NCBI RefSeq assembly: GCF_009834535.1
Contig: NC_045696.1
Location: 34,722,001 to 34,786,000, forward strand
Length of the DNA stretch: 64,000 bases
Reading direction: 5' to 3'
Source of the DNA: Camelus ferus
Taxonomy: Eukaryota
In this document: piece after piece, positions 25,601 to 39,957 of the stretch
Layout: every line of letters starts with the position of its first letter
How positions within the stretch are numbered: position 1 is the first letter of the stretch
Program-made: the position numbers and the translations under genes
Notes under the pieces: model-generated
What the model saw: only the letters and a program-made list of their open reading frames with translations
Databases searched by the model: none
Told to the model about the DNA's origin: nothing

Positions 25601-26487
25601 GTATTATTGATATCATCTCTTTCAAAAACACTATTTTATTAAAATGAGAATGGCTAGGGAGGCTTCATTGTATGGGCCAACCAGCCACACAAGTTCATTT
25701 GGTATTATTCGTACTTTTGCAAAAGATAATCCTCTTCTCTTATAAATCTGCAAAACTGGAAAAGTAGCTTCTTGCCGATTACTGCCATGGTTCTAAAAGG
25801 AAGTTTTAACTCTCCAGGGGTTAACTGCTCTCTGATTATAAAAGAGTCAAAAGTTGCATGACTTTTTCACATGATATTACGTAGTAAATAACTAGTTCAA
25901 TGTACTGGCCTGAAAAAAAACTTTCCAAATGACCTAATATGTACCTAGAGGAAATAATTATTTGACTAAAAACTGACTCTGTCATTCACTCTACTTGTGT
26001 TTCATTTCTATTTTCATATCAGTTGTGTCTTAAATCAAAGGATAACATTTATCTAAACAACTGTTCATCTGAATTTATGGAAGTAAATGAATTTGGTTCA
26101 TTTATTATTCATTCATTCTTTTACTCATACATTTGCTCATTCATTCATTAGATTTTATGTTACTATATTAAAATCTATCAAAGAAAGAAAAGATTGAAAG
26201 AGAAGTTGACTTGAGGAGATGTAATACATTAAACACCTAGAGAATAACACTGTGATACTGGCACAATGTAGCGAGAGTGAATGACTTGTGGGGGCCACAG
26301 AAGTCTCCATAAAGCCAAAGTTTGAGAGAAATGAACAGTATGCATTGGCTAAGAAGCAGTTACTTATTAGAGGTAGGTACATAATTAAGCTTTTATGTTG
26401 GGATGTTTTGTAGTAAGGCTTGTTTATGTCCCTTTTGGACAAAACATCCCTCAGTTAGGTAATGGGATTTAAAGTGCAAAAAGCAGA

Positions 26488-26677
26488 GGGGAGGGTAATA
26501 GCTCAGTGGTAGAATGCATGGTTATTAGCATACTTGAGGTCCTGGGTTCCATCCCCAGTACCTCCATTAAAAATAAATAAATAAACTTCCAAACAAACAA
26601 AACCAAAAAATTAACAAAAAAACAAACCCAAAAACTAAAAATGATAATAATAATAAATAATAATTAAAAAAAACCCC
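26488..26677 (+). mobile_element. tRNA-Ala-derived SINE (Vic-1 type) with long A-rich tail
   Basis: gggagggtaatagctcagtggtagaatgc...gggttccatccccagtacctcca; TSD aaagtgcaaaaa at 26471-26482 and 26678-26689. Confidence 0.85.
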
Positions 26678-29600
26678 AAAGTGCAAAAAACCAAAATAAA
26701 GCTTACTCTTTAAACATTCTACCTAAAGTTTGAAGCTGATGGAGAATTTTCTTTATGCATTGAAATTTGCAGTAGTTAAACTTTTTCTTTCCCTTGACTT
26801 TTCTTCTTTCTATCTTTTTTTTGTTGTTGTTGTTGTTTTTTTCACTTTTACCGATAGGAAAATATGTCAAGGGTAAAACACATTCACATACACACTGAAA
26901 ACCACTTTAGCAGGATGCACAATTTTCCCCCAACCCATGTGGCCTTGGAAATGAGCATGTGAAGGAAGAAACGGGTCTGTATAAAAGTGTCTCTGATTCT
27001 TGGGTGGCTTATGGTTAGTGCTATTGTTTTTAAAAACCACTCTTGGCTTCTGTGGTACATTGACCTGTGTATGGAATCTCAAAGTAAATGTTTTCCACTC
27101 TGGGACACTGGGTCAAAGATGAAAGGTTTTGCTCCTTTTCCAGTAACAATTTTTTTTCTCTGCATTCACATGATGATTTAAAGCCCTCCTCTTTATCTGA
27201 GGCAAACCATCTTTCTTAGAACAAGCATTGCATCACTTGGGAAGCCAACTTCCAAGGCCTGAAGTTGATTGTAAAGCACGATGAAGCAATCTTCCATTTG
27301 GTCTAATTTTGAGAGTAAGAGGGCTTGCTTTCCACTCAAGAACTGCTGTTCCCAGCATCTGCCCCGAACACTTTGGTTAGGTCAGGTTTCTCCAGGATGC
27401 CTCTAGTGATACTCTCTCTGATTTAAGCCATTGTCAGCTTGAACACAGATTAGTTTATTAAACTCTGTAGAAAGGCCGTGAAGGGATGGACAGTAGATTA
27501 GTACATTTTTATAGGGGAGAGAAAAGGCAACTCAGGAGTTTGGTGCATTTTACCCAGTTGAATGATGGCAAATAATGAGATAATTCATTGGAGACAGCTG
27601 AAAAGATGTCTTTTGAAGGTGGAAAAGACTGCAAGTGAGAAAAGAAGGATGGTGAGAGAGGAAGACCCCCCCCCCAACTGCCCATATAACAAATTTGTCT
27701 GAGGTTCTCTCTGATTAGAGTGAGACCCTGTCTGGGGCTTCTGTAGCTAGAGTGAGAGGCCTGTCTGACTCAACAAGACATCTGGACTACGAGAAAGCTA
27801 CTCCAGGGATTCTAAGAGTTTACATGTAGCATGAGGGCTACATCATGCAAAGCTGGAGTAACCTAAATGATTCAAGACCATAATATTTCCATAAACAAAA
27901 ATTAGGAACGCACTTTAGAATTTTAGAAGGGCTGGGTCTTCTTTGAAGTATGAGCCTTTCAGATGCAGCCTGGCTAGTGGTACATTACCAGGGCTTTGCC
28001 ACTTCGTTCTTCCTGATGGAGTTTTCCCAACTCCTCATGTCTCTTATCTATCTAGAAGAGCTAATTGCAAAAAATTCACAGATGTAATTGCATTGAAACA
28101 TCAGAATAAGCAATTCTTTTGAAGTAAAACTGAATAACTATAGTTATTAGCTCCAAAGTATATCCGACCCAATGGCATATATCTCATCACTATATTGTGT
28201 AAAAGGCTTGACTCCAATTCAGGAGTTTAAACTTTGCTCACTGTACGTTTACTTTTCAGTAATGTTAATTAGCTAATTTGTGAGACACAAATAAGCTATA
28301 ATTAGTATGGTGCTTTGATATTTTATTTCTAACAACAGGAAGATGATTACCTTCAAAAATAATAAAAGATTTAAATCTAAGTAAGGATCTAAATTACAGT
28401 CATTGAGTTGTGAAGAAAAGTGAATTTAGTTAATCCCCATTTGCGTGTGCCAATTAGTTAAGTATTAATCAATTTCCTATATAAATGGAAATGAGGATAC
28501 TACGATTCTTTTGGTAAGATAATGTTTCTCATTAACACAAACACAACCTCCTGACATTTCGTGAGAAAAAAAAAATCTTCCCCTTTCCATTTTTCCTCTT
28601 CAAAATATCTACTGATTTATTTTTTATAGTTACGGAATCTATGCACCCTAACACATTTATAGAAAAATTTTTCAGAATTTCTCTTAGAATCTAATAATAA
28701 AAATAGCAATTGATCAGAACTTAGAATATGCATTCATTATTTTTCTTTATAAACAGATTCAAATCTCAAACTCAATTTGATATTTTAGGACGTAGGAATG
28801 CAAAGTAAGAAGATGCTAGAAAATTCTGGGTGAGATACGCTCTAATGAATTTCTCTCTCTCCCCTAGATATGTAGGATGCACAAGCACACATGTTTAAAA
28901 TACGTGTATTTAAAACAAATATTGAAGTTTGAAAAATCAATTGGGCCTGATTTTTAAAAAAGTATCTGATATTTGAAAAATCAAAGGAACAGAAATTTCA
29001 ATGTGACTATTAAACAAATAAACCATTTAAAATATTTTTACAAAACTTTTAGTTTTGGAGCTCAACTTTGCACAATTCAGGCTGACGTAAACATAAAATT
29101 CACAGAAGCAAGAAAATGTCAACATTATCTGCCTTTTAGCGTTAGTCCTCTGGGATACTTTCTCCATGGCAACTTGGCACTGTATCATCATATTGACATA
29201 CCCCTAAAATTCAATTAAAAAATTGTTACTGTGGGAAGTAAGAAAATAAAATAAAACCAGAATGGGTCTTTGAATTGTGGGAAAATCTAATAGTGCCCTA
29301 TTTTTAAAATCTTATTACAAATTTTAGTTTTAGGTGCTTCTAAGTATCAGCTAGCCTATAGATTTGCAAATTATACTTTCTTGATTAACCATCACTTTTT
29401 CTTTTCTACCATTTATAAAAGGCAATATTATTCAGTGTGATTATCTGAAATTTTTTTGACCAAATAATAAACTTATAAAGATAGTGATATAGACTACAGG
29501 AATATCTGATTGTTCTAAAGTGTTTTCCTTTTTAAAAAATTTATTTAAAACACAAAACAGAAGTCACCCACAATCCTGACTTAAAACGACTTAAAGTAGT

Positions 29601-29744
29601 AAGAAAATAACGTCTTCTGCCCATCTTGTTCTAAAATCCCAATCCCCAGAGGCAACTACAGTAAACATTGTAGTGCCTATCTTTAAAATTGGTTCTTAAT
29701 GGTATTTAAAATTATCTATACATTTTTGTTTTTGTTATATTTTA

Positions 29745-31838
29745 TATTTTTTACTTTGCATATCACATAACTAATCATTATGTATATTGATGATTTTACT
29801 GCTTTTGTCTTTTAACCTTCACACTATCTACATAGTTGTTTGAAACACTAACTTTACTATGTTTGCCTTTACCAGTGAGACATTTTCTGTCATAATTTTT
29901 GTCTAGTTACGATCTTTTCTATTTAAAGAAGCCCCTTTAACATTTCTTATAAGGTCAGTTTAGTGATGATTAACTCCTTCAGTTTTTGATCGTCTGGGAA
30001 AATCTTTATCTTTTCTTCAATTCTGAATACTAACCTACTAGATAGAATATACATGACTGCAAGTTTTTCCTTTCAGCATTTTGAATGTCATGCTACTCTC
30101 TTCTGTCCCATAAAGTTTCTACTGAAAAGTCAGCTGATAATGGTATGGGGGCTCCCCTGTAGGTAACTAGTTGTTTTTCTCTTGATGATTTTAAGATTTA
30201 CTATTAACTTTTTCTCATAGTATGGCTCTCTTTGGTTCATCTTGTTTGGCACCGTCTATGCTTCTTGAATTTGGTTGTCTGTTTTCTTTGCTAGGTTAGG
30301 GAAATTTTCATTCATTATTTCTTCAAATAGGTTTTCTGTCCCATGTCTCTTCTTCTCCTGGGAGCCCTATAATGTGAATGTTAATATGCCTGATGTTGCC
30401 TCAGAGGTCCCTTAAATGATCCTCTTTTTTTTTGCTATTCTGATTGGGTGATTTCCACTACTCTGTCTTCCAGATTGGTGATTCATTCTTCTGCATTTTC
30501 AAATCTGCTGTTAGTTCCCTCTAGTGTATTTTTCATTTTAGTTATTGTAGTCTTCATTTCTGAATGGGTTCTTTTTTGTATTTTCTCTTTGTTGAAGTTC
30601 TCACTGTGTTCCTTCATTCTTCTCCTGAGTTTGGGGAGCCTATCTATGACTCTATTATACTGAGCTCTTTGTCTGGTAGTGTAGTTAGCTTATCTCTGTT
30701 TTGTTTAGTTCTTTTTTTTTTTTTTTAATGTTTTGTCTTATTTTTCCATTTGGAACATATTCCTTTGTCTCCTTATTTTACCTAACTCTCTGTGTTTTGT
30801 TTCTATATATTAAGCAGATTAGCTACATCTCCTGGTCTTGAAGGAGTGGCTTTATGTAGAAGGTGACCTGTGGAGCCCAAAGCCTGGTCCCTTTGGTTTC
30901 CAGAGCCAAGTGATTTAGGAGTGTCTCCTGTGTGGGCTGCACATGTCCTCCTGTTGTGGCTGGGTTGATTGCAGTGGGCATGCTAGTATGTGGGGCTGGC
31001 CTCTTCTGTGGCTGGCTGTAAGGCCTAGCTACAACTCTTGCAGGTTCTCTGTTGTGTGGGGCTCACCTAGGGACAGGAACTGCTTTATGGGGATGACAAT
31101 CCAAGCTGAGGGCACCTCGGTGTATTGGTAGGTCACTTTGGAGGAGTATTGGCTAGAGTGGGTCTATTTTTGAACTTGGGGTGGGGTGAGCAGTGCCAGT
31201 AAGGTAGATGGAGAGAGTTAGAATGGCAGTTTCCAGTGCCAGGCCAGCTTGGTAAAAGGTGAGCAAGAAAACCTGGCACCTGCCAGCACCTCTGTACTTA
31301 GAGAAAGTTCCCACAGATCCCTGCCCCTTGAGCACATAGACTAAAATTATTTAATGAATCTCTGTTATGTATGACCCATGCACTTTGCAAATTGCTACCT
31401 CTGTGCTGGGACTTGGAGCAAGTGAGTTAGTGCATGCTCTTTAACAGTCTCATTTTCCTACAGCCCTCCAGCTCTCCCAGATGTAAGCTCTACTGTTTTC
31501 CAAAGCTGGACATTACAGGTAGCTGTCTTCCTGGTGCAGGTCCCCTGGGCCGGGGAACCCAGGGCATGGTTTGGACACTTCATTTTTCAAGGACCTCTGT
31601 GGCTGTGATAGTCTTCCCACCTGTGGGTTGCCATGCTGGGGGTATGGGTGCCAGGTAGATGGCATCTCTGACCTTCCTACCCATTTCAGTTTGGCTTTTT
31701 CTTTTTATCCTTAATCATGGAAAATCTTTTCTGCTAATTTTCAGGTCATTCTCAGAGATGTTGCTTTATATGTAGTTGTAGTTTTATTTTGTCTGTGGAA
31801 GAAGGCAAGTCCAAGATCTTCCTACTCACATTTTGGCC
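29745..31838 (-). mobile_element. Old L1: 5' UTR, decayed ORF1 and inter-ORF region
   Basis: Minus strand starts ggccaaaatgtgagtaggaagatc (L1 5' terminus-like); antisense ORF1 motifs such as ttcttcaattctgaa and gaaaagtcagctgata. Confidence 0.75.
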
Positions 31839-32290
31839 TATGGTAGGCTGAAAATTCCCCCCTAAAAGACATCCACGTAAAATTTCTGAACCTTGTGAAT
31901 GTTACCTTATGTAGAAAAACAGTCTTTTCAGATGTAATTATGGTAAGGATCTTAAGATGAGATCACGCTGGATTATTCAAGTGGGCCTAAATACAATGAG
32001 TATCCTTAGACACACAGAAGAGAACAGGCACACAGATGAGAGATCCATGTGAAGTTGAGGCTGAAATTGGAGTGTTATAGGCACAAGCCAAAAAAACTAA
32101 GGAAAACCAACAGCTGTTAAAACCTGGAAGGAGCAAGGAGAGCTCCCCACTCAGGGCCTCCACAGGAATTGATGCTCTGTCACTTTGATTTCAAACTTCT
32201 GGCTTCCAGAACTACGAGAGAATACATTTTGTTGTTTTAAGCAAACCAGTTTGTGAGAGTTTGTCATGGCAGCCCAAGGAAACCAATGCA
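31839..32290 (+). mobile_element. MaLR solo LTR (MLT1D-like)
   Basis: tatggtaggctgaaaat...acttctggcttccagaact...gcagcccaaggaaaccaatgca. Confidence 0.8.
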
Positions 32291-32399
32291 TGAGTTGTAT
32301 GATCTCTTTCCTAACTATTCATCTCTTGTAAAATCAGCCATTGTTAATACCAAACTAATGTGCACACTTACGTTCCAGTAAAATTTTATTTTCAAGAGT

Positions 32400-33020
32400 T
32401 TGGGGAGATTGTGGAGCAAGGGAATTGTCATACCCTACTGGTATTGCAAGAAGAATTTTGAAAAATTGTTTGGCATGCTCTATAATCCAAAAATTCTGTT
32501 CCTAGGTTTAAATAACAAATCTACACATATGTGCACCAAAACATACATACAAAAATGCTCATAGTAGCACTATATGTAATAGTTCTAAACTAGAACAAAA
32601 GTCCATCAACAGTGGAATCAATCAAGTAAGTAAACTTGATTGTGTATAGACGTACAGTCATACAAGCATAGGTATTAATGGTACACGCTACGGCAATGAA
32701 AATGAATAAATACTGCTGCCTGGAACAACATGGATGATTCTTGTAAAAAACACAGAGAGAAGACAGTAATAAAATAGTAAAAAATAGGACATACTACGTA
32801 ATTATGTTTTTGTAAAATTCAAAACCAAACGAAATATTGGTAGTGATAGGAGTCGTAGCAGAGATATGTGTGTGAGGCAGGGACTAGGAGCTGGGATACG
32901 GGCAATGTCTGGAGTTCTATTCCTTGATCTATCAGGTGGTTTCCCAGTTGGGCTTACTATGTAAAATTTGTTAAATTGTATGATTTACATTGCTTTCTGA
33001 ATCTATATTATACTTCAACC
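32400..33020 (+). mobile_element. L1ME-like 3' UTR fragment
   Basis: catatgtgcaccaaaacatacatacaaaaatgctcatagtagcacta...tatattatacttcaa. Confidence 0.7.
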
Positions 33021-33599
33021 AAATTTTTGTATACTTTTGGGGTCTGTATAGAATGAATTTCATTATAAGTCAGATCAATACTACTGTATCATGTGACAAA
33101 TACAAATTTTCAGTAAAGTTGAAATAATGACACTTTCTGGATAACATTTCTTTGAGAATCTGTAGAGCTTTTGTTGATAGTCTCTTTTGAAATCAATATT
33201 AAAAAATTATTCTGACTGGAAATAACTTAAACTTCTTAGTTAACGTTGTTTTTTTAAAATAATTTTTGAACATTTCCAGTAGTTGATATTTTTTCTCAAA
33301 CATGATTCATGATGCCAAATGGAAAATTCCTGAACAATTGTCTTTTTAAATTCATAAGAGTTTTTAATTATGAAAAAAATGTATTTTAAAAATGGAAAAT
33401 AGTAGGCAAAATTAATTGTATCATTGCTCTTTGGGAATAGCAAAGGTTAGGAAGGAAACATGGATTGTTGAGAATGGTCATTCATCCTTCTAAGTGCCAT
33501 AGTTGAAAAGTGGTAGGGTTGTAATATGATATTCAACTTGAACTGCTTTCTTTATATCATATGCACACAGCCAATTCCCTGCTCTAGTCATTTAGTTGA

Positions 33600-33790
33600 A
33601 ACTTTCCTGAGGTATTGATAGTTAGACTTTCTAAAGTCTTTCACTGCCATAAGCCACTTTATTTAATTTCTTCATCTCTGAAATGGGAATTCTACCACCT
33701 TCCAGACATCACAGTGACACGATGATGAATTAGTTAATGTTTGTAAAGTGCTTTGAGGATGTAAAGTGCTAAATAAGTGTTAGGCACTGT
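33600..33790 (+). mobile_element. Ancient CORE-SINE (MIR3/MIR1_Amn-like)
   Basis: ttcttcatctctgaaatggg core plus tail aattagttaatgtttgtaaagtgctttgag...aaagtgcta. Confidence 0.55.
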
Positions 33791-34964
33791 TAAGCATTGC
33801 AATCAATCAACATAATGCTTTATTGCACATGTGTTACTTCAAAGGCAGGATACTAATTTAGTTAATGTGAGTGTTCTTATGAAATTAGAATTATATTGCA
33901 AAATTGGCAGAAATTTTATGAATGATAAAGATGTAGCAGGGATCAGAGACTTACACTGATTTACTTATTTAGTGTTTTAATTTATATCCATTATTAATTT
34001 TCATTTGTAATAGAAAAGAAGTAAAATTTCTCATCTCAACTTTCCATTTTGAATTTATATATTAAAATACTTACAAAATAATCTATGCTGGGGTCTTCCT
34101 AGCCATCTTCACTTCTGAATATATATCCTTGTACCTTCATAAAATCTAACAAATGGCTTTGCATCAATAAAACATAAATGGCAGAAAAAATGGCAAGAAT
34201 TTTGTCATATGGCTTTTATGTAATATAAGACAACATTTCTATCTAATGGGGATAGTATAAGAGATTCTTAAAGACTCTTGACATAGTCCAGATATATTGA
34301 CTCTAAGCCCAGCTGTACAAAGAAATGAAAGTAAGAAACATAAATTCCTTTTCATTTCTTTAAATTCCAGAAGACATTCATGTTCTTTGTGTAGGAATGA
34401 AGAGTTAAATCAAGTTTATCTAACCATATTTATCATAGAAATGAGCAAATAACTTGAAAATAATTTCATCTTATTAAAAAGAGCTAATAAACTATTCTTA
34501 AAAAAATACCTGAAACAGATAATGTAAATACATGAAAGTCTGTTGCACTCTGTGTTGCAGCACTTAATTTCACCCTTTCTGGGGAAGTTTAATGTATACG
34601 ATGAATGAAACGGAAGAGCAAACATGGAGGTTATGTCCTCTAGGGAGCTTTTCCTGGCTTCTGTAGACCTAAGGGAGTTCCTTCTCTGGTCAACGTCAAC
34701 ACTGGCGGGAGACTGATCTGAGTACAGTAAAGGATTTAATTAGATAACTGACTTTGCAAAAACAAACCACACTTTAAAAAACACAGATCCCAGCATCCCC
34801 AGCCATTCTGGGAAATGATTTTCCTGGATTCCTAAAGATCTTCTAATGTCATCTTATGGGTGAGAACACTCAGCTTAAACCCGTTCCCTGGACTTGCCTG
34901 GGGTACAGGGCTGTGCTCAGTCAAGGACTCTCACCCTGGCCGCCTCGCCACTGTCCTTGTGGGT

Positions 34965-35190
34965 GAGGGACTGCGCACAGGTTTTGGAACTGGGCAGACT
35001 AGGCTGGAGCCACATCTGGCTTTGTCAATCTGTGTGTGTGACTTTGAGAACATCACTTCTCTGAATATCAGTTTCAGTGTCGTATAAACTACAGAAGTGG
35101 TGCTGCTCTTCAGGGCTGCTGTAAAGATCCCAGATCCTGTACCCTAAGTACCCAATAAAGAGCCCGACATATAGTCAGAAGCTCAATAAT
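34965..35190 (+). mobile_element. MIR SINE
   Basis: tgtgtgactttgagaacatcacttctctgaatatcagttt...cagggctgctgtaaagat. Confidence 0.55.
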
Positions 35191-36945
35191 TGAGGGCCAG
35201 ATAATGTAACCAGCCCATAGTCCCTTCGTACATACTATCTCCATTAGAAACTCTTGATTGTTATAATAATTATACTAATACAGTGTCTTACATAATATAG
35301 TATCTTACACTCAGAAACTCTCTACATTTATTCACTTAATTTTAAAACAACTGTCAGCTTGGCTTTTATTTCTGTTTCACAAACGAGGAAGTTGAGACGT
35401 AGAGAAATGGATATGCGTGATACAATCAAGAGTCGTGGAAATTAAGTCACCAAGACGAAGAAGGCCACGCTGCTTGTTCCCAGGATGCTGGGGCTCTATC
35501 AAGTCAGCCCAGCTTCCCTTTCACACCCTATAAGATAGCTGCCCACCTAGATAATTACTAATTTTACCCTGTAGCAATGAGTCTAAATAGAAGTGTGAGG
35601 AATCCCCCTAAGAGAGGACACAGGAAAAATGAGGGCAGAAAAAAGAGAAAGGAATAGATAAGGATAGAAAAATTCAAAATGAGGTATGGTTGAATTACCA
35701 ATGTCATTGATAGATTACTTTATATGAATTACAGGATTTATAAAAACCCACTCTTTTGTTACTCTGGTGTCAAGTTAATTTCATAAGAATTTAAACTTTT
35801 TTCTTAGTCTTAGTGTACTATCAATTAGATGAGATCAGTTTACATAATGTCCTCTCTTTGCCACCAATTTTACTGACTCAAGTAAACTCAGTGTAGTATC
35901 TGTTACTAACAGAGCACTCATTTGTCACTGGTGAATGCACATTATGTCCTCCAGCGTGGCAATGACTTTATCCACGGTTCCCAGGGGAACCAGAGTATAT
36001 CACTCATGGTGCTTGGTGAGCTCATAAAGCTATTTATAATGTGTAACACAACCATTAATAGTTTAAATATTTATAACCATCTTTAATAGCTATATATCAC
36101 TGATACAACAACAAAAATACATATGGAAAGAAAACGGTTTCTTTTTCAAAGGTGAAACTGATATCTTTGCCTTTAAATGCACTTGGGAGAAAAACTAGAG
36201 TAGCATGTGCACAAAACTGGTCCCTCAGGAGAAATGTGTCCTAGCACACAATAGCCTTTCAGCATCATTACCTACCTGAACACTGTATTTGCTTGTTTGT
36301 TGGATTTTCTTACTTTCTTTTGTCCAGTTAGTTCAGATTGGGTTAACTTATCTAATAGACATCTCAAAGTTAACCCATATAAAACCGAGCACTTGACCCC
36401 TGCCCTCCCAGCTCCACTCGAAATCCCCAGCTCCACCAGAAATCATCCCTTCCCAGTCAGTCGCATGTTCCATTCTCTGTTGCTCAGGCCAGAATCCTCC
36501 AAGTCATCCTTTACTCTTGTCTTTCTCTCCTCTCGCTTCTCTCTCAATCCTCTAATTAGAAACATGTTCATTGACATACAATATCTTACAGTGTCAGAAG
36601 GTTCACAGCTGTCATGAAGCCTTGAAACTTTATGGACTTTAGATTAAGAAGTCCTATCCAATGCCCCTTCCTGGTTTATAATCACACTGTGCTTTTAAAT
36701 GAAAGTTTTTATTGTAAGATGAGACAAATTTGAAATATGATTTACTTTCCAAACAAATAAATGATACATTAATAGTTCTTTTAATCAGTAGAAAAATCTT
36801 AATTGGGACTTCCCATTTTTCTCTTTAAGTATTGGTAGTAAGAAAGTCTTAATGTGGAAAATCCATCATGAAGGAGCTTAAGGATCAGACAAAGGACCTC
36901 AAATCTGCCTTACCAGATTCTAGAGAACTTACATATTCATGGTAT

Positions 36946-37493
36946 TGTTTAGTAGTTAGATAAGTGGGGGCACTGGGCAGATAAGGTGGAGGCAGAGATA
37001 GTGCAGAAGATGGTGTTATGTCTGCGTCCAGCATAAAGGGAATCTACTTCTTCTAAATGAGTGCCAGCAAGAAACTGTTAGAACTGGACAGCTGCAACTG
37101 TGCAGTAGTGAAAGGGCCTAACTGGACATGACCCAGTGCTCATTATAATACAATAAGCTTTGCAGTTTTGGCCCACCCACCATGGGTTTTCCTGTGTGCA
37201 TCATGAGTAAGGACATGTGCAAAAGTGGGTAAGCATGACTAAGCACTCCAGGGGCAAGAGCTGTCAATCAGTCAAGAGACCACCTCTAAGCAAGGGTTTA
37301 ATTTAAGAGAAGGGGCAAACAAAGGCCATTGCTCTCCACCCTTGGATCAGCCCACCTCCCATTCTTGGAGGTGTACTTTCCCTTTGCTAAATAAAACCTT
37401 TAAAATCTTTCCCTGTACAACACTCCCTTCTGAATTCTTCTCTTTTGGGTAAGACAAGATCTGAGGTCTTTTCCCTTCTTCTTTTGGGTAACA
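36946..37493 (+). mobile_element. Solo ERV1-type LTR
   Basis: tgtt...ggtaaca ends; aataaa near 37390; near-TSD gtat/atat; 3' end resembles the LTR at 14703-15349 (ctgaattctt...gacaaga). Confidence 0.75.
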
Positions 37494-38217
37494 ATATGAT
37501 CAAAAACATGGTTTTTGTGACTTAAAAGTCTTTAAACATTAATTTGAAATTGCAATGTGAAAAGACTGCCACCTACCATGTATGCAAGAGACTTGGATTT
37601 CTTTTGAAAACTCACTGGGAACGTTACTCTTTTGTAAGTTAATTAAGAGCAATCAAGTAAATTTTCATTATACAATAAGAAATTGCAATATTATCCTACA
37701 AACTTTGTTGAGTGTGAAAAAACCCTGCCTGAAATTCTAAGAAGTTCTTGATCTTAGAATTATGACAGTCTACTTATTGCCCTAGATTTTTGCTTATCAT
37801 TTTAAGTTACAAGCGATAATAAAGAACATGGTTTTTACTTCGTTATATCTTTTTACTATTCTTGTCATAATACTCTTTTTTTCTAACAAAATTGTATTTT
37901 TATTTTAAGCCTGTAATCTTTAATCATTTAAGTAGAAAATCAGCTTTTAAATTAATGCTCCTAAACTTAAAGCAATAAGTGAAACATTTCAACTGAAGTA
38001 TTGGCTATTAACACTCTAAGATAACGGGGGTAAAATTTTCTTGCTATGAACAGAACAAATTAAGCGTAGACTCTCTAGATACACTCATGAGTTCGTATAG
38101 CAAGGTTGGGAAGTTCTAAAGAAACTGTAGTAATAATTAGCATTTTGGAATATAGCTAAGGTACTTGGAATTCTAATTTTTAGAAGGGTTTATGGCTAAG
38201 GAACTAATAGATTTTTT

Positions 38218-38440
38218 TAAGGGTTTTCAAAGGGTTTTTTTGTTGTTGAATTATAGTCAATTTATGTGTTAATTTCTGGTGTATAGCATAGTGGAGTGAC
38301 TCATTTATACATATATTATATATATGTGTGTGTGTGTGTGTGTATATATATGCCTTTTCATATTCTGTTTCATTTTAGACCATTACAAGATATTGAATAT
38401 AATTTCCAGTGCTATACAGTAGGACCTTGTTGTTTATCTC
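38218..38440 (-). mobile_element. 5'-truncated L1 3' end with TSD
   Basis: gtgctatacagtaggaccttgttgtttatct; TSD actaata(g/t)atttttt at 38203-38217 and 38441-38455. Confidence 0.8.
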
Positions 38441-39957
38441 ACTAATATATTTTTTAAAAGTTCTAGTGATTTAGGGATTTTTAAGAACTAAAAAAAAATG
38501 TGTTTGCAAAACTATTGTGAAACAAACATAAGCAGCAAAGTCAGAATTTGAGAGTTCATAAAATTCGAAACAAAATACAATAATAATCATCTTACTGTTA
38601 AAAATGAAGGAAATGTTTTTACTTGCTCAAAATAACCTTAGTATAAGTGGCTGTCACAGAATCACAAACTTTTGGTAATAGAAGGGACTTTAGAATTTAT
38701 TTCATTATAATTTGGTAAAATGAAGAATTTTTAGGAGTGCTCAGTATTATGATAAAAAATCCAAAAATACTTTTCATCATTAAAGGTGCTAGGCTCTCTG
38801 AAGTGTAATAGAAATACATGGTACCATTTTATTGCTCTCTTTATCTCACAACAAACAGCATGATAAATAAATATTATGTCCCTACTCCTCTCTCCCCCAC
38901 CACTAGCAGTCACTACTTGCTGAAAACTGCATATACTTGCTAAGATCTGGGAGTGGCCTCGAAATGCTTTTCAACACCTTCCCTAAAATAGTCACTTCCT
39001 ATTCATCTGAGTAGATGAAACTTACTGACCATCCTCTCCTCACAGTACAACAGCCTTCAGATAGCTTCTGATCTTATCCAGTCACACACATTTTCCTCCA
39101 GAATTGTTCAGTATACTGCTACTGAATATTCCAGGTTCTCCTTAAACTGGCTTATGACTTTTGAACAAACCCAAGAATATATCTTTCACATTTGTTAGCA
39201 AACAGATGGTATAACATATCTAATAATTTTTAGGAATCCTTGATAAATTATTACCAATCCTAAAATTCTGAGTATAAGTAACCTAGTTTAGGAAACAATG
39301 CTGAATAACATTATTTAAAAATATTAAAAGAGTACGGCACATTTAGGTATACCTTTGGTACCCAGTGTAGCAGTCTATCCGTGCTTAATAAAGACATATT
39401 TTTTTCCTTATTTTCCAACTTACTAAAGTAATTTGAAAGTCCTTCTAAAAGATCAATATGCTGCTAAAAAAATCCAAGAATAAACAGCATACATATCTTC
39501 ATTGTAATATTCTTTGCCTTCCTTAACTTGAAGCATAAAAGCCTTTCAGTAACCAATGTTAAATTCTTAAAATAGACTACATTATCTTCAACCATGTTAT
39601 CTCTTCCCATATGTCATAAAATGACAAAGTTTCCACAAGAATACCCGGAAATATACAAAAGGAGTCAGTAAGTGGTATTGTTTCCCTAATGCCTTCTGGG
39701 AGAGATGCTAAATTTGATTCTGATGTTTTCATGTAATATAATAAAATAGGGGAGAAAAAATATTCTTTCACTGTTAAAATGATCATGTTAGGATATACTA
39801 TTGTTAAATTTTCTCTGATTTCAAGCACCATATAAATGTGTGAAAAGACAGATTATGTATTTGGACTAATATTCATTGAACAAATATTTTGAGTGCTTTC
39901 TAGATGTTAGTTGTTCTAAGTTAAAGTGATAAAAATCAAAACAAAGCAAACTCTTGC

